Both the position numbers and the translations under genes were made by a program. Positions 1-9,779 of a DNA stretch of 64,000 bases are shown here, piece after piece. The notes beneath the pieces are model-generated. The model worked only from the letters and a program-made list of their open reading frames with translations, searched no databases and had not been told where the DNA came from. This stretch comes from Candidatus Poriferihabitaceae bacterium (GTDB lineage: Bacteria; Pseudomonadota; Gammaproteobacteria; Arenicellales; Poriferihabitantaceae): NCBI GenBank assembly GCA_965206445.1, contig CBDBJR010000002.1:1065422-1129421 (forward strand). The letters are read 5' to 3'. Every line of letters begins with the position of its first letter. Position 1 is the stretch's first letter.

Positions 1-577
1 ACTACAAAGCCTGCAAAGAAGTGTCGGCATCACGTTTGTGCTGGTCACCCACGACCAGGAGGAGGCGCTGTCGATGAGTGATCGGGTCTGCATCATGCAG
101 GACGGCGAGATCATCCAGGTTGGCAGTCCCAGGGAGTTGTATGATCAGCCGTTGAATCGCTATGTCGCCGATTTTGTCGGCAAATCGAATTTTTTCGACG
201 GCGTGATTGTCGCCTCCGACAGCGCCGACCTGACGGTCAGACTCGGCAGCGGGGACCTGGTTTGCGCCGGCCGGCAGGCCGGCGCCGACTATGCGGTCGG
301 CCAGGCGGTGGCGCTGGGTGTCAGGCCCGAACAGATATTGCTGGCCAGATCATCGGAGCATTTGAGAACCGATGGTAGTATTGTCGTTGAGGCGACGGTC
401 AGAAACCGCATCTTTCTCGGCGAGCATACCGAGTACCTGCTGTTTAGCCGCCCGCTGGGCGAGTTTCTGGCGCTGTTGCCAAGGCAGAACGAATTCGAGC
501 AAACCCCGATCGAGGTCGGGGAAAGTATCAAAGTCGGTTGGAGCCGCGCGGCCAATCTGGTGTTTGGCGACAGCTGA
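1..577 (+). CDS. ABC transporter ATP-binding protein, C-terminal part (PotA/polyamine-type with TOBE-like C-terminal domain); 5' end lies outside the window
   Basis: Frame is open from the window edge (LQSLQRSVGITFVLVTHDQEEALSMSDRVCIMQDGEIIQVGSPRELYDQPLNRYVADFVG...), i.e. the D-loop/H-loop region of ABC ATPases. It is followed by the cognate binding protein and two permeases. Confidence 0.85.
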   Translation, partial: LQSLQRSVGITFVLVTHDQEEALSMSDRVCIMQDGEIIQVGSPRELYDQPLNRYVADFVGKSNFFDGVIVASDSADLTVRLGSGDLVCAGRQAGADYAVGQAVALGVRPEQILLARSSEHLRTDGSIVVEATVRNRIFLGEHTEYLLFSRPLGEFLALLPRQNEFEQTPIEVGESIKVGWSRAANLVFGDS

Positions 578-625
578 CAATGCGGCAATCAAGCCATCAT
601 TCACTACACAGTTAGGAGGTTAACC

Positions 626-1783
626 ATGTCACACGACAATCATCCGCTCAATCGGAAACAATTCATGCGGGAATTATGGCGCTACCGCCACGGCTCAATC
701 AGCCGGCGCCAATTCCTGGGGGTCACCGGCCTGGGCACGGCCACGGCGGTGCTGGCGGCGGCTGTGCCGGGGCTGGTGCCGCGCAAATCAGCGGCGGCGG
801 AGATTGGCGACCGGGTTGTGCTGGCAACCTGGCCGAACTATCACGACCCCGCCAATTTCGAGGCGTTCACGGAAATGACCTCGGCCCACGTACAGGTGAA
901 CGTGTTTGGCTCGAACGAAGAGATGCTGGCCAAGTTGCAGGCCGGCGGCAGCGGCTGGGATGTTTTTGTGCCGACCAATTACACCATCACGACCTATGTA
1001 GGCGAAGACCTGATCGAGCCGTTGGATTTGTCCCGGCTGCCGAACTATGTCGCCGACGCATTCGATGCCCGCTTCTCCGATGCGGGGACGGTCAATGGGC
1101 GCGTGTATGCGGTGCCGAAAAACTGGGGCACCACCGGCTATGTGGTCAATACGGCGCATACCAACGGCAGAAAAATGACCAGCTGGAAAGACTTCTGGGA
1201 CATTACCCGGGACGAGTTTTCCGGCCGTACGATGGTGCATGACTACCAGTTGACGACCATCGGCAATGCGTTGAAATATTTCGGCTATTCATTCAATTCG
1301 ATCGATGAAACCGAGCTGGCGGCGGCGGAAAAACTGCTGCTGGAGGTCAAGCCGCATTTGTTTGCCATCAACAGCGACTACCAGCCGTCGCTGCGCAGCG
1401 GCGACGCCTGGATGTCGATGTGCTGGACCGGCGACGGCAAACAGCTGAACACCGACATCCCGACCATGCGATATATCCTGGGCGTCGAAGGCGGAGAAAT
1501 CTGGAGCGATTATTACGCCGTCCCCCGTGGGGCGGAACACCGGGAGGCCGGCTATGCGCTGATAAACTACCTGCTCGACCCGGCGGTCAATGCCAAAGAG
1601 GTGCTGGCGCACGGCTATCCGGTTGCCGACCGCAATACCAACGCATTGCTGCCCAAAGCGCTACTGGAAGACCCGATCCTGTATCCGGCGCAGGAGTTGC
1701 TCGACGCCCTTGAGTTTGGCGCCGCCGCCACGCTGACCGACCCGAACCGGGCCGAGTTGCTGGCCCGCTTCAAGTCCGCTTGA
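626..1783 (+). CDS. Periplasmic substrate-binding protein, PotD/PotF (spermidine/putrescine-type) family, with twin-arginine signal
   Basis: 385-aa ORF. N-terminus SISRRQFLGVTGLGTATAVLAAA. Body resembles PotD/PotF family (WPNY..., VPKNWGTTG). Located between the ATPase and permease genes. Confidence 0.8.
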   Translation: MSHDNHPLNRKQFMRELWRYRHGSISRRQFLGVTGLGTATAVLAAAVPGLVPRKSAAAEIGDRVVLATWPNYHDPANFEAFTEMTSAHVQVNVFGSNEEMLAKLQAGGSGWDVFVPTNYTITTYVGEDLIEPLDLSRLPNYVADAFDARFSDAGTVNGRVYAVPKNWGTTGYVVNTAHTNGRKMTSWKDFWDITRDEFSGRTMVHDYQLTTIGNALKYFGYSFNSIDETELAAAEKLLLEVKPHLFAINSDYQPSLRSGDAWMSMCWTGDGKQLNTDIPTMRYILGVEGGEIWSDYYAVPRGAEHREAGYALINYLLDPAVNAKEVLAHGYPVADRNTNALLPKALLEDPILYPAQELLDALEFGAAATLTDPNRAELLARFKSA

Positions 1784-1801
1784 CCGGCTGGCCGCATCGG
1801 G

Positions 1802-2659
1802 ATGACCGCAAACAGCAGGCTGATTCACCGGCTGTTGCTGCTGCCGGCCGCTTTCTGGCTGACTGTCATGCTGGTGCTGCCGCTGGTTGTGGTGGTCGTT
1901 TTCAGCTTCGGTGAGCGCGCGCCGGCGGGCGGCTATGCGGCGGGTTTCAGCCTGCAGCAGTACGCCAATCTGCCGGCGCGTTTTACCGCATTCAAAAATA
2001 CCCTGCTGCTCGCCCCGATCGGCACGCTGGCGGCGCTGCTGATTGCGTATCCGCTGGCGTACTACCTGGCGGTCAAAACCGCTCCGGGATTGAAAACCAT
2101 TTTGCTGGTGATGATTATTGTGCCGTTTTGGACCAGCATCCTGATTCGGACCTACGCCTGGATCTTCATCCTGGGCGGCCAGGGGATTCCGCGCCTGCTG
2201 GACCTGATCGGCCTCGACGGCGTGCGGCTGATCAATACCCCGACCGCGGTGCTGATCGGCATCGTTTACGGCTATTTTCCGCTAATGGTATTCCCGATCT
2301 ATGTCAGCCTGGAGAAGCTGGACAAACGGCTGCTTGAGGCGTCCCAGGACCTGGGCGCCTCGCCGCTGCGCACGTTTCGCAACGTTACCCTGCCGCTGTC
2401 GCTGCCCGGCATGGCCGCCGGCTGCATGCTGGTGTTCATTCTATTGATGGGCGAGTTTCTGATTCCCGCGCTGCTGGGCGGCGGCAAGGTGTTTTTCGTC
2501 GGCAATGCGCTGGTCGATCTGTTTTTGCAATCTCGCAACTGGGCCTACGGCTCGGCGGTCGCATCAACGCTGGTCGTGATCATGCTGATTACCGTCACCG
2601 TATACATGAAGCTGATACAGCGCAGCGCCGGTCAGCGTCAGGACGTATCGCTGGTATAA
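1802..2659 (+). CDS. ABC transporter permease (PotB-like)
   Basis: 285-aa multi-TM ORF with the EAA-type loop (LLEASQDLGASPLRTFRNVTLPL), typical of BPD_transp_1 permeases. Confidence 0.85.
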   Translation: MTANSRLIHRLLLLPAAFWLTVMLVLPLVVVVVFSFGERAPAGGYAAGFSLQQYANLPARFTAFKNTLLLAPIGTLAALLIAYPLAYYLAVKTAPGLKTILLVMIIVPFWTSILIRTYAWIFILGGQGIPRLLDLIGLDGVRLINTPTAVLIGIVYGYFPLMVFPIYVSLEKLDKRLLEASQDLGASPLRTFRNVTLPLSLPGMAAGCMLVFILLMGEFLIPALLGGGKVFFVGNALVDLFLQSRNWAYGSAVASTLVVIMLITVTVYMKLIQRSAGQRQDVSLV

Positions 2660-2664
2660 ACACC

Positions 2665-3486
2665 ATGCGGGTGTACGCCATTGTCGTCTATCTGTTTCTG
2701 TATGCGCCGATTGCGCTGATTGTGCTGTTCAGTTTCAACTCCGGCCGCCATGCCAGCGACTTCATCGGATTTTCGGCCAAATGGTATGGCAAGGTGCTCT
2801 CCAATCCGCTGGCCATGGAAGCGCTGGCAACCAGCCTGAGCGTGGCCCTGCTGACCGCCGTCCTGGCCAGCCTGTCCGGCACGATGGCGGCACTTGGCCT
2901 GCAGCGGGCCAAACGCCGCACCCGGATCGTGTTTGATGCGGCGATCTACATCGCCATCATGATCCCGGGCATCGTAATTGGCATCGCCACGCTGATTGCG
3001 CTGGTCACCGTGTTCGGCTTTTTGAACCCGCTGCTGAGCGAATGGTGGCCGCTCTGGCTGGGCCAGGCGCCACGGCTGAAAATGGGCTATGCCTCCCTGG
3101 TCGCCGCCCATACCGTGTTCACCACGGCGCTGGTAGTGATCATCGTCCGCTCCCGGATTGACGGCATGGACCGCACCCTGATTGATGCCTCATCCGATTT
3201 ATACGCCACCCCGTGGGGCACCTTCAGGCAGGTCACGCTGCCGCAGATTTCCCCGTCAATCCTGGCCGGTTTTCTGCTCAGCTTCACCTTCAGTTTCGAT
3301 GATTTCATCATTGCTTTCTTCGTCGCCGGCGCGCAAACCACACTGCCGGTCTATGTCTTTTCCTCGATTCGACGCGGCGTGACGCCGGAGATAAATGCCA
3401 TCGGAGCGATGGTGCTGGCGATCTCGCTGACGCTACTGGTAGCCGCCCAGTTCCTGCTGCGCGCACGCAACAAGCGGCGTGTATAG
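2665..3486 (+). CDS. ABC transporter permease (PotC-like)
   Basis: 273-aa multi-TM ORF with EAA loop (LIDASSDLYATPWGTFRQVTLPQ). Second permease of the operon. Confidence 0.85.
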   Translation: MRVYAIVVYLFLYAPIALIVLFSFNSGRHASDFIGFSAKWYGKVLSNPLAMEALATSLSVALLTAVLASLSGTMAALGLQRAKRRTRIVFDAAIYIAIMIPGIVIGIATLIALVTVFGFLNPLLSEWWPLWLGQAPRLKMGYASLVAAHTVFTTALVVIIVRSRIDGMDRTLIDASSDLYATPWGTFRQVTLPQISPSILAGFLLSFTFSFDDFIIAFFVAGAQTTLPVYVFSSIRRGVTPEINAIGAMVLAISLTLLVAAQFLLRARNKRRV

Positions 3487-3842
3487 GCTCAGCAACAGAG
3501 GGCACTTCTCGCCCCGGGAGGAGAAGCCGGGCAAATCCGGCCTATCGGCTGCCGGATAAAAGGGTTTGATCGCGTCGTCCGGAACGGGCATGGCTGGCCC
3601 ATGAACGATCAGGCCCAACGACAAATGCAACCCCCGCACTTCTGGCAAACCTGCGCACCGCCGCCTGCACCGGTGGCCGAGATACGCCACCTGCGCACCG
3701 CATCCTGCTCTGGCGATGAAATCTCCTGTATAATTACGGCCCGTCAATTACCCGTAGTGCCAAAAGTACCGGCGCCTGCAATAACTGGATTTTTATCAAA
3801 ACAAATGGTTATCATCGACAATACCCCTACAGGGTCTCTACT

Positions 3843-4397
3843 ATGGCACTAACGGAAACTCCGGTGTGCGCGTTCGGCCTGAATGCCGTCGATTTTCAGC
3901 TGCAGGGCACCGACGGGAAAATCTGGTCATTGAGCGACTGCCGCGGCGAGCGGGGCACCCTGATCATGTTTATCTGCAATCATTGCCCCTATGTTCAGGC
4001 GGTTCTCGACCGCTTGCTGGATGATGTCAGGCGATTGCAGGCTATGGGCGTCGGTTGCGCCGCCATCATGCCCAACGATAGCCGGGCTTATCCCGAGGAC
4101 AGCTTCGATAACATGGCTGTGCTGGCGCGCCAAAAAAAGTTTTCGTTTCCCTATCTGCTTGATGAAACCCAGCAAACCGCGAGAGACTACGGCGCCGTGT
4201 GTACGCCCGATTTCTTCGGCTACAACAGCGATCTGAAACTGCAATTTCGCGGCAGATTGGACGCCAGCGGGATGCAGCCGGCCGCGGAAGGTTCGCGGCG
4301 GGAATTATATGCAGCGATGCAGCAAATTGCCGCAACCGGGCAGGGGCCCGAACAGCAGACCCCCAGCGTGGGCTGCTCGATCAAATGGCGCAATTGA
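3843..4397 (+). CDS. Thioredoxin-fold thiol-disulfide oxidoreductase (AhpC/TSA/redoxin-like)
   Basis: 184-aa ORF with a CxxC-type motif (FICNHCPYV) in the position typical of redoxin-family proteins. Confidence 0.7.
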   Translation: MALTETPVCAFGLNAVDFQLQGTDGKIWSLSDCRGERGTLIMFICNHCPYVQAVLDRLLDDVRRLQAMGVGCAAIMPNDSRAYPEDSFDNMAVLARQKKFSFPYLLDETQQTARDYGAVCTPDFFGYNSDLKLQFRGRLDASGMQPAAEGSRRELYAAMQQIAATGQGPEQQTPSVGCSIKWRN

Positions 4398-4464
4398 GCG
4401 CCTTGGTCAAGGAGCAGTCGGTCGTTGATTTTTTAAACTCTTTGCAAACGAGGAAAATAACGTC

Positions 4465-5154
4465 ATGAATAAATACACGCACTATATCACTACCGAATAC
4501 AACGACAGTTTTGAAAAAGTAGATGGACTTCGGTGGTTGCCATGGGTCGGCAAGCACTACGACGAAACTCGAATCTTGATTATCGGGGCAAGCACCCACA
4601 AAGACGACGGACATGATTGGACACTGGATCCGCAATGGGGGGGGCCGGAAAATGCCAGCCATATACTGGTGGCGGGGGTAGAAAACAAAGATGCCCCGGC
4701 ATTTGGCTCGGAATTTTGCAAAAAACCATTTGATGCCACAGTGAAAATGTTCCTGCCCGAAATGGACATGGAACAAGCCCGCCAACAATTTTGGCCGGCG
4801 GTTGCCTTTAACAATTTTTGTCAAGAGATAGTCGAGGAGAGTGGAGACGCTTGCCCATGTCGAGAAGAGTCCATTCAGGCATTGCAAGACACGATTGAAG
4901 TTCTCAAGCCTAGATTGGTGATTGCCTGGACGACGGAAATTGGGAATTTTGGGTTTGATGGGCATGAGGATCAGGAAAAAATCAATCGTGATATACCGAG
5001 AGTGGTCGATAAGCCGACACCGATTGTTGGAATAAAGCATCCGTCTATGGCCTTTAGTGCCGCTGATTGGCTCGAGTTTTTGCAGCGCAACCCTGTGACT
5101 AGCCGACCGATTGCGGATTTGATGGCGTATCTGAAACGGCAGCCGAGCAGTTAG
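4465..5154 (+). CDS. Hypothetical protein (weak uracil-DNA-glycosylase-superfamily-like motifs), low-GC orphan
   Basis: 229-aa ORF with natural composition. The overlapping 286-aa minus-strand ORF is R/C/F/L-rich and looks spurious. Motifs: TRILIIGASTH, AFNNFCQ, GIKHPSMAF. Visibly lower GC than its neighbours. Confidence 0.55.
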   Translation: MNKYTHYITTEYNDSFEKVDGLRWLPWVGKHYDETRILIIGASTHKDDGHDWTLDPQWGGPENASHILVAGVENKDAPAFGSEFCKKPFDATVKMFLPEMDMEQARQQFWPAVAFNNFCQEIVEESGDACPCREESIQALQDTIEVLKPRLVIAWTTEIGNFGFDGHEDQEKINRDIPRVVDKPTPIVGIKHPSMAFSAADWLEFLQRNPVTSRPIADLMAYLKRQPSS

Positions 5155-5293
5155 ATTGCCGCCAATAATCGGTTGAGTCAGTAGCATACAGAGCAAGCAT
5201 CTCCCTGTTTGCCTTCGCCATTGCCGCCGATCAACAGGCACGCAGGCTGCTCAATGGGTACCGAATTCCCTAACGCATCGAATCCACCGTAGC

Positions 5294-6442
5294 ATGGCCG
5301 ACATTCGCCCTTTTCATCTCGACGTTGCCGACGCCACCCTCGACCGCATTCGCGCCCGGGTGGCCGACTATCCGTGGCATGAGATGCCCGACGACGGCGG
5401 CTGGGCCTATGGCACCAACCTCGATTATATGCAGGCGTTCTGCGCCTACTGGCTCAACGAGTACGACTGGCGCCGGCACGAGGCGCGCATCAATCGGTTT
5501 TCGCACCATCTGGCCGCAGTCGATGGCATCGATCTGCACTTTATCCATGAAAAAGGCAGCGGCCCGGCGCCGCTGCCGCTGATCATCTCGCATGGCTGGC
5601 CCGGTTCGGTGGTCGAGTTCCTCGATCTGATTGAGCCGCTGGCCCACCCGCAGCGCTTCGGCGGCAGCATCGAGGATGCCTTCACCGTAGTCGCGCCGTC
5701 GCTGCCGGGGTTCGGCTTTTCCGGTCGCCCGCCGCGCCCGTACGGGCCGCGAAAAATGGCCGCGCTGTTCAACCAATTGATGACCGACGTGCTGGGCTAC
5801 GATAGCTATCTGGCACAGGGCGGCGATTGGGGCGGGGCGATTTCATCCTGGCTGGGGATGGCGCATGCGCCGGCCTGCCGTGCGATCCATATCAATATCA
5901 TGACGATGCGCCACCCCGACGGCCCGCAGGGGGCGGCAGAGCAGGCATGGGCGGCCGAATTCGAGCGCGAGCAGATCATGGAGGACGGCTATCGAACGCA
6001 GCAGGCGACCAAACCGCAAACCCTGAGCTACGCGATGATGGACAGCCCGGTCGGGGTGGCCGCGTGGCTGCTCGAGAAATTCAACTCGTGGTCTGATACC
6101 GACGGCGACGATATCGAGAGTGCGCATTCCAAAGACACGCTGCTGACCAACATCATGGTTTATCTGGTAACCCGCAGCTTCAATACCGCATCGTGGATTT
6201 ATTACGGCCGCCGCGAGGAGGGCGGGCGCGTGCTGTCGCCGCAAGGCAAGCGGGTGGAAGTGCCGACGGCCGCGGCCTTGTTCCCGCAGGAAATGCTGTC
6301 CTGGCCGCCGCGCTCCTACGTCGAGCGCGTGTACAACCTGACCCGCTGGAGCGAGATGCCAAGAGGCGGACACTTCGCGGCGCTGGAGGAGCCGGAGTTG
6401 TTGATTGACGACCTGCGGGCGTTTGCGCGCACGCTGCGTTAG
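5294..6442 (+). CDS. Epoxide hydrolase (alpha/beta hydrolase with N-terminal EHN domain)
   Basis: 382 aa. IRPFHLDVADATLDRIRARVADYPWHE...GIDLHFIHEKGSGPAPLPLIISHGWPGSVVEF matches the microsomal-type epoxide hydrolase N-terminal domain plus the HGWPGS oxyanion motif. Confidence 0.85.
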   Translation: MADIRPFHLDVADATLDRIRARVADYPWHEMPDDGGWAYGTNLDYMQAFCAYWLNEYDWRRHEARINRFSHHLAAVDGIDLHFIHEKGSGPAPLPLIISHGWPGSVVEFLDLIEPLAHPQRFGGSIEDAFTVVAPSLPGFGFSGRPPRPYGPRKMAALFNQLMTDVLGYDSYLAQGGDWGGAISSWLGMAHAPACRAIHINIMTMRHPDGPQGAAEQAWAAEFEREQIMEDGYRTQQATKPQTLSYAMMDSPVGVAAWLLEKFNSWSDTDGDDIESAHSKDTLLTNIMVYLVTRSFNTASWIYYGRREEGGRVLSPQGKRVEVPTAAALFPQEMLSWPPRSYVERVYNLTRWSEMPRGGHFAALEEPELLIDDLRAFARTLR

Positions 6443-6644
6443 GGCGCTCATGGCGACCGATGGCTGATTGCTGTAATTTGATTGCCGGCTTGTCGGCGTT
6501 TTTTGCGTGCCGCGATGGTTTTGTTGGCAGCCGCTTCGCATATTGCCGGTTATTGCGTGGTGTATGATGTTTTCGAGCGCGCGTTGCAATTGGAGCGCCA
6601 TGGACAATGGATCAAAAGGAAAAGCTGCGACACATTCGGGCTGG

Positions 6645-6761
6645 TCGGCTCTTATAACGGGCGATATTATTGCAGCCGGAATGCCGCAAGAGGTGGACTT
6701 GGGAAGAAACCCGCTGATGTATTTGAAGCCCGGACAAGTGGTGACGCTCGGTGTAGAATAG
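6645..6761 (+). pseudogene. Possible C-terminal remnant of a fumarylacetoacetate hydrolase (FAH)-family gene
   Basis: The end of a short ORF reads SALITGDIIAAGMPQEVDLGRNPLMYLKPGQVVTLGVE*. This resembles the FAH-family C-terminus (GD.I.TGTP.GVG....LKPGD.V...IEG). No upstream part of the domain is present. Confidence 0.3.
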
Positions 6762-6903
6762 CTGGGCGAACAACGCCAGCGTGTTGTCGTTTGAAACGGC
6801 GCGGCGACATGGCAGATTGATGACCGTCGCCGATACGGGGCAGCGATGCAATGCTGTGCAACGGCAAACCGTTTGTTGCCCCGCGCACTTGGATTAGCCT
6901 TGA

Positions 6904-7275
6904 TTATAGTCTGCAATAATGTTTGACCCTTTTCTTGTATTGTTGGAATTTGCGAGGATCATTGTGCAAAGTTCGTTTGAGCAACCAGCCAACATCTCTA
7001 CCGGCTTGTTTTTTTGCTTTGCGCGCTTTCGCTGCTGTTGTCAGAGTGGGGCTTTGTTGCTTATGGCGATTTTGATAAACCGCCTGCAACGGCGTGCCTG
7101 TCCAATTGGCATAGTTATTACCGCCGAATAAATCCCGTGCAGCGAACTGTTTCCCAGGGTATTTGTCGCACCAGTCATGGACTTCCTGCCGTATAAAATT
7201 CATCGCATTGTTTTTTTCCTGATTAGAAAGGCCGCCAATATCTTTCAGATTACCATTAGGGGTTACAATAGTCAT
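6904..7275 (-). CDS. Hypothetical protein (123 aa), low-GC orphan
   Basis: Internal ATG at 7275 is preceded by GAGGA (MTIVTPNGNLKDIGGLSNQEK...). Lys/Arg-rich C-terminus. No family recognised. AT-richer than its surroundings. Confidence 0.5.
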   Translation of the reverse strand: MTIVTPNGNLKDIGGLSNQEKNNAMNFIRQEVHDWCDKYPGKQFAARDLFGGNNYANWTGTPLQAVYQNRHKQQSPTLTTAAKARKAKKQAGRDVGWLLKRTLHNDPRKFQQYKKRVKHYCRL

Positions 7276-7473
7276 AGCAAAATCCTCGCAGTGGGGGTGG
7301 TGAAGAACTGATAGAAATATCGCAAAGGGCGGGAATGGATTCCTGTTTTTTCCTAATGCATAGCATAGCATGGCATCAATGGATGGCAATCCGCCTACAG
7401 GCTTTACACTCGGTAATTTCGATTACCGGAGATTACTCGTGATTCATCCACCCAAACCACTGGAGAAAATCAT

Positions 7474-7599
7474 ATGGCTTTCCCGCGGCCTCGATTGACT
7501 TTTTTAGGCACCGGTATTATGGGCTTGCCGATGGCGCACAATATGCTGGCCGCCGGTTATCCGCTGTCGGTTTGGAATCGTACGCCCCTATACGTATGA
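7474..7599 (+). pseudogene. 41-codon N-terminal stub of an NAD(P)-dependent 3-hydroxyisobutyrate/6-phosphogluconate dehydrogenase-family gene
   Basis: Own translation: [41 protein letters not shown]. It carries the GxGxMG Rossmann motif and the ...NRT signature of this family. It stops at TGA 7597-7599, overlapping the ATG of the next gene. Confidence 0.6.
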
Positions 7600-8456
7600 A
7601 ATTCGGGCGCGTTATGCTGTTCCTGGGGGCAGTCTGTATCGCACTGGGCGCCCGGGCGTTTTGGTTCGAGCCGGCTTCCCTGGTGAAAAACACGGTGCGC
7701 CTTCACATTCATCCCTGGCCGCAGCAGTGCGATGGTTTGACCGTCGCAGTGATAGCCGACCTGCATGTGGGATCACCGCATAACGATCTCGACAGGCTGA
7801 AGGAGATTGTCAATGAAACCAACAGACTTGAGCCGGATTTGATATTGCTCGCCGGGGACTTCGTGACCCAGGGCGTGGTTGGCGGGGCGTTTGTGGCGCC
7901 GCAAGACATCGCCATTGAGCTGGATAGACTGCAAGCCGGGCTTGGGGTATACGCGGTACTGGGTAATCACGATTGGTGGTATGGCCAGGAGGAGATCATC
8001 CATGCTTTCAGCGCTACCGACATCGTATTTCTGGAGGATGCGTCTCGGCGGCTGGTCAAGGGCGATTGCCGGTTTTGGCTGGCGGGCGTCAGTGATTATT
8101 GGGAGGGCGCGCATGATGTCGGCAAAGCGCTGGCGGATGTCCCGTCCGATGCGCCGACGCTGGTTTTCACGCATAATCCCGACGTGTTTGATGGCCTGCC
8201 GGACCGGGTGGCGCTGACTTTTGCCGGCCACACCCACGGTGGCCAGGTTAATCTGCCGCTGGTGGGCCGCCCGATTGTGCCTTCGCAGTTCGGCGAGCGT
8301 TTCGCCATCGGCCATATCAATGAAGCAGGCCGGCAGATGTTCGTGACGCCGGGCATTGGCACCAGTATCCTGCCCGTGCGTTTTCGAGTCCCGCCGGAGA
8401 TTTCCCTGGTCACCCTGAAAACCATCGGCACGGATACCGCCCCTTCCGAGCGCTGA
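7596..8456 (+). CDS. Metallophosphoesterase (calcineurin-like, YaeI-type) with N-terminal TM segment
   Basis: Motifs DLHVG, AGDF, GNHDWW, GHTHGGQ. ATG at 7596 ([13 protein letters not shown]...) is preferred over the TTG at 7572 listed in the track. Confidence 0.85.
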   Translation: MKFGRVMLFLGAVCIALGARAFWFEPASLVKNTVRLHIHPWPQQCDGLTVAVIADLHVGSPHNDLDRLKEIVNETNRLEPDLILLAGDFVTQGVVGGAFVAPQDIAIELDRLQAGLGVYAVLGNHDWWYGQEEIIHAFSATDIVFLEDASRRLVKGDCRFWLAGVSDYWEGAHDVGKALADVPSDAPTLVFTHNPDVFDGLPDRVALTFAGHTHGGQVNLPLVGRPIVPSQFGERFAIGHINEAGRQMFVTPGIGTSILPVRFRVPPEISLVTLKTIGTDTAPSER

Positions 8457-8494
8457 CAGACCACGGGGGCCTGTTATTCTCCGATGTCGCCGCC

Positions 8495-8622
8495 GTGCAG
8501 CCGCAAAATGGCCGCCTGGCGGGTGTTCTACAACACCGAACGACCTCATTTTCCCTTGCAGCTGCAATCTCCTGTACAATTTCGGTGCCATTCGCGCAGT
8601 CCGATATGTTATGGTTGCATAC
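8495..8622 (+). mobile_element. Right-end remnant of the IS481-like IS (diverged copy)
   Basis: Translates SRKMAAWRVFYNTERPHFPLQLQSPVQF, cf. NRKMAAWLVEYNTVIPHHSLGLQTPIQF of the intact copy. The nucleotide block CCGCAAAATGGCCGCCTGGC is identical. It ends ...GCATAC. Confidence 0.6.
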
Positions 8623-8697
8623 GGGATATTGATCAGATTGGTCGGGTCAGTTTACAATTAAAGATTTTTAACGAGATTTTAAACATGTGGATAGTAT

Positions 8698-9660
8698 ATG
8701 AACAATAATTCATCCGTTGCCGTTTTTATAGATGTGGAAAACATTCTCTATTCCACGCTTAATAATTATTCCGAAACGCCTGATTGGTCTTTCATTGTTG
8801 ATGCCTGCAAAGCGTATGGGCGAATTTCGTTTATACAGGCCTTTGGTGATTGGATTGAATTTCCAAAGGAGGTTCCTGAAATCCAAAGAAACGGCATACA
8901 ACCTGTCTTTGTACCGTTGTCGCAAGATAAAAAAAGCAGCCTGGATTGTTATTTGACGGTGTCGGCCATGAAGCTGTTCTTTCAAAACAGCTCTATTGAT
9001 ACGCTCATTCTCGCATCGGGTGACCGCGACTACATTCCGTTAATTTCCGAACTTAAGGCCTCGGGGAAGAGTGTGATTATACTGGCTGTTCCGGAAACAT
9101 TATCTAAAGACCTGACCAGCATCGTTGATGGCGTTATTTCATACGAGTCAAAAAGCGTGGGCAGAGTTGGTGACGCTTCCATCGAGTCGGCCGATAGGCA
9201 CGAATTTCAGGAAGATGTGATCGGCACGGTAAGAGAGTGCGAGGAGCGTTCGCCTAATGATCGTTGGGTAAATTTAGCCGCTATCGGTCTGGCCTTGAAA
9301 AAGAAAGATTCAAATTTTACGCATACAAAATACGGCTACAGAAAACTGGCTGATATGCTGCATGCTATCCCTCAACTTGAGCTTAAGTACGACAACTACG
9401 AGAAGACCGTCGCGCTGACGAGAACGCGGACAGGGGAGGCGGTAAAAGACGCCGGTAATTTACTTGAGGGCACTATTTGCAACATCAAGGAAGGGTATGG
9501 TTTTATTAGACCAAACGAAGGCCACGAAAACATATTTTTTCACCACAGTAAGTTATTGCAGATTGAACTGTGGGAGTTAAACACGGGAGATGAGGTTTCC
9601 TTTAGCGTTTATAACACGGACCGAGGGTTGAGCGCCGAGAATGTTCAAAAGAAAGCCTGA
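8698..9660 (+). CDS. NYN (LabA-like PIN nuclease) - OST-HTH/LOTUS - cold-shock domain protein
   Basis: NYN: VAVFIDVENI ... LILASGDRDYIPLISELKASGKSVIILAV. LOTUS: RWVNLAAIGLALKKKDSNFTHTKYGYRKLADMLHAIPQLEL. CSD: EGTICNIKEGYGFIRPNEGHENIFFHHSKL...GDEVSFSV. Lies in a low-GC islet. Confidence 0.8.
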   Translation: MNNNSSVAVFIDVENILYSTLNNYSETPDWSFIVDACKAYGRISFIQAFGDWIEFPKEVPEIQRNGIQPVFVPLSQDKKSSLDCYLTVSAMKLFFQNSSIDTLILASGDRDYIPLISELKASGKSVIILAVPETLSKDLTSIVDGVISYESKSVGRVGDASIESADRHEFQEDVIGTVRECEERSPNDRWVNLAAIGLALKKKDSNFTHTKYGYRKLADMLHAIPQLELKYDNYEKTVALTRTRTGEAVKDAGNLLEGTICNIKEGYGFIRPNEGHENIFFHHSKLLQIELWELNTGDEVSFSVYNTDRGLSAENVQKKA

Positions 9661-9779
9661 GAGCGTGGCCGCACCGGCGCAGACGACCGGCCGCCCATAG
9701 GCACTGGCCGATGCAATCCGCCACTTGCGCCGCCAATATCCTAACTTCTAATATAGGCTGTTTGGTTAGACGGGATCAG

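Noticed and set aside
3487-3842. 356-bp intergenic region after the Pot-like operon with small ORFs (3433-3747(-), 3601-3852(+)).
   Set aside because: The ORFs have no coding signature, and I could not support any RNA motif or terminator.
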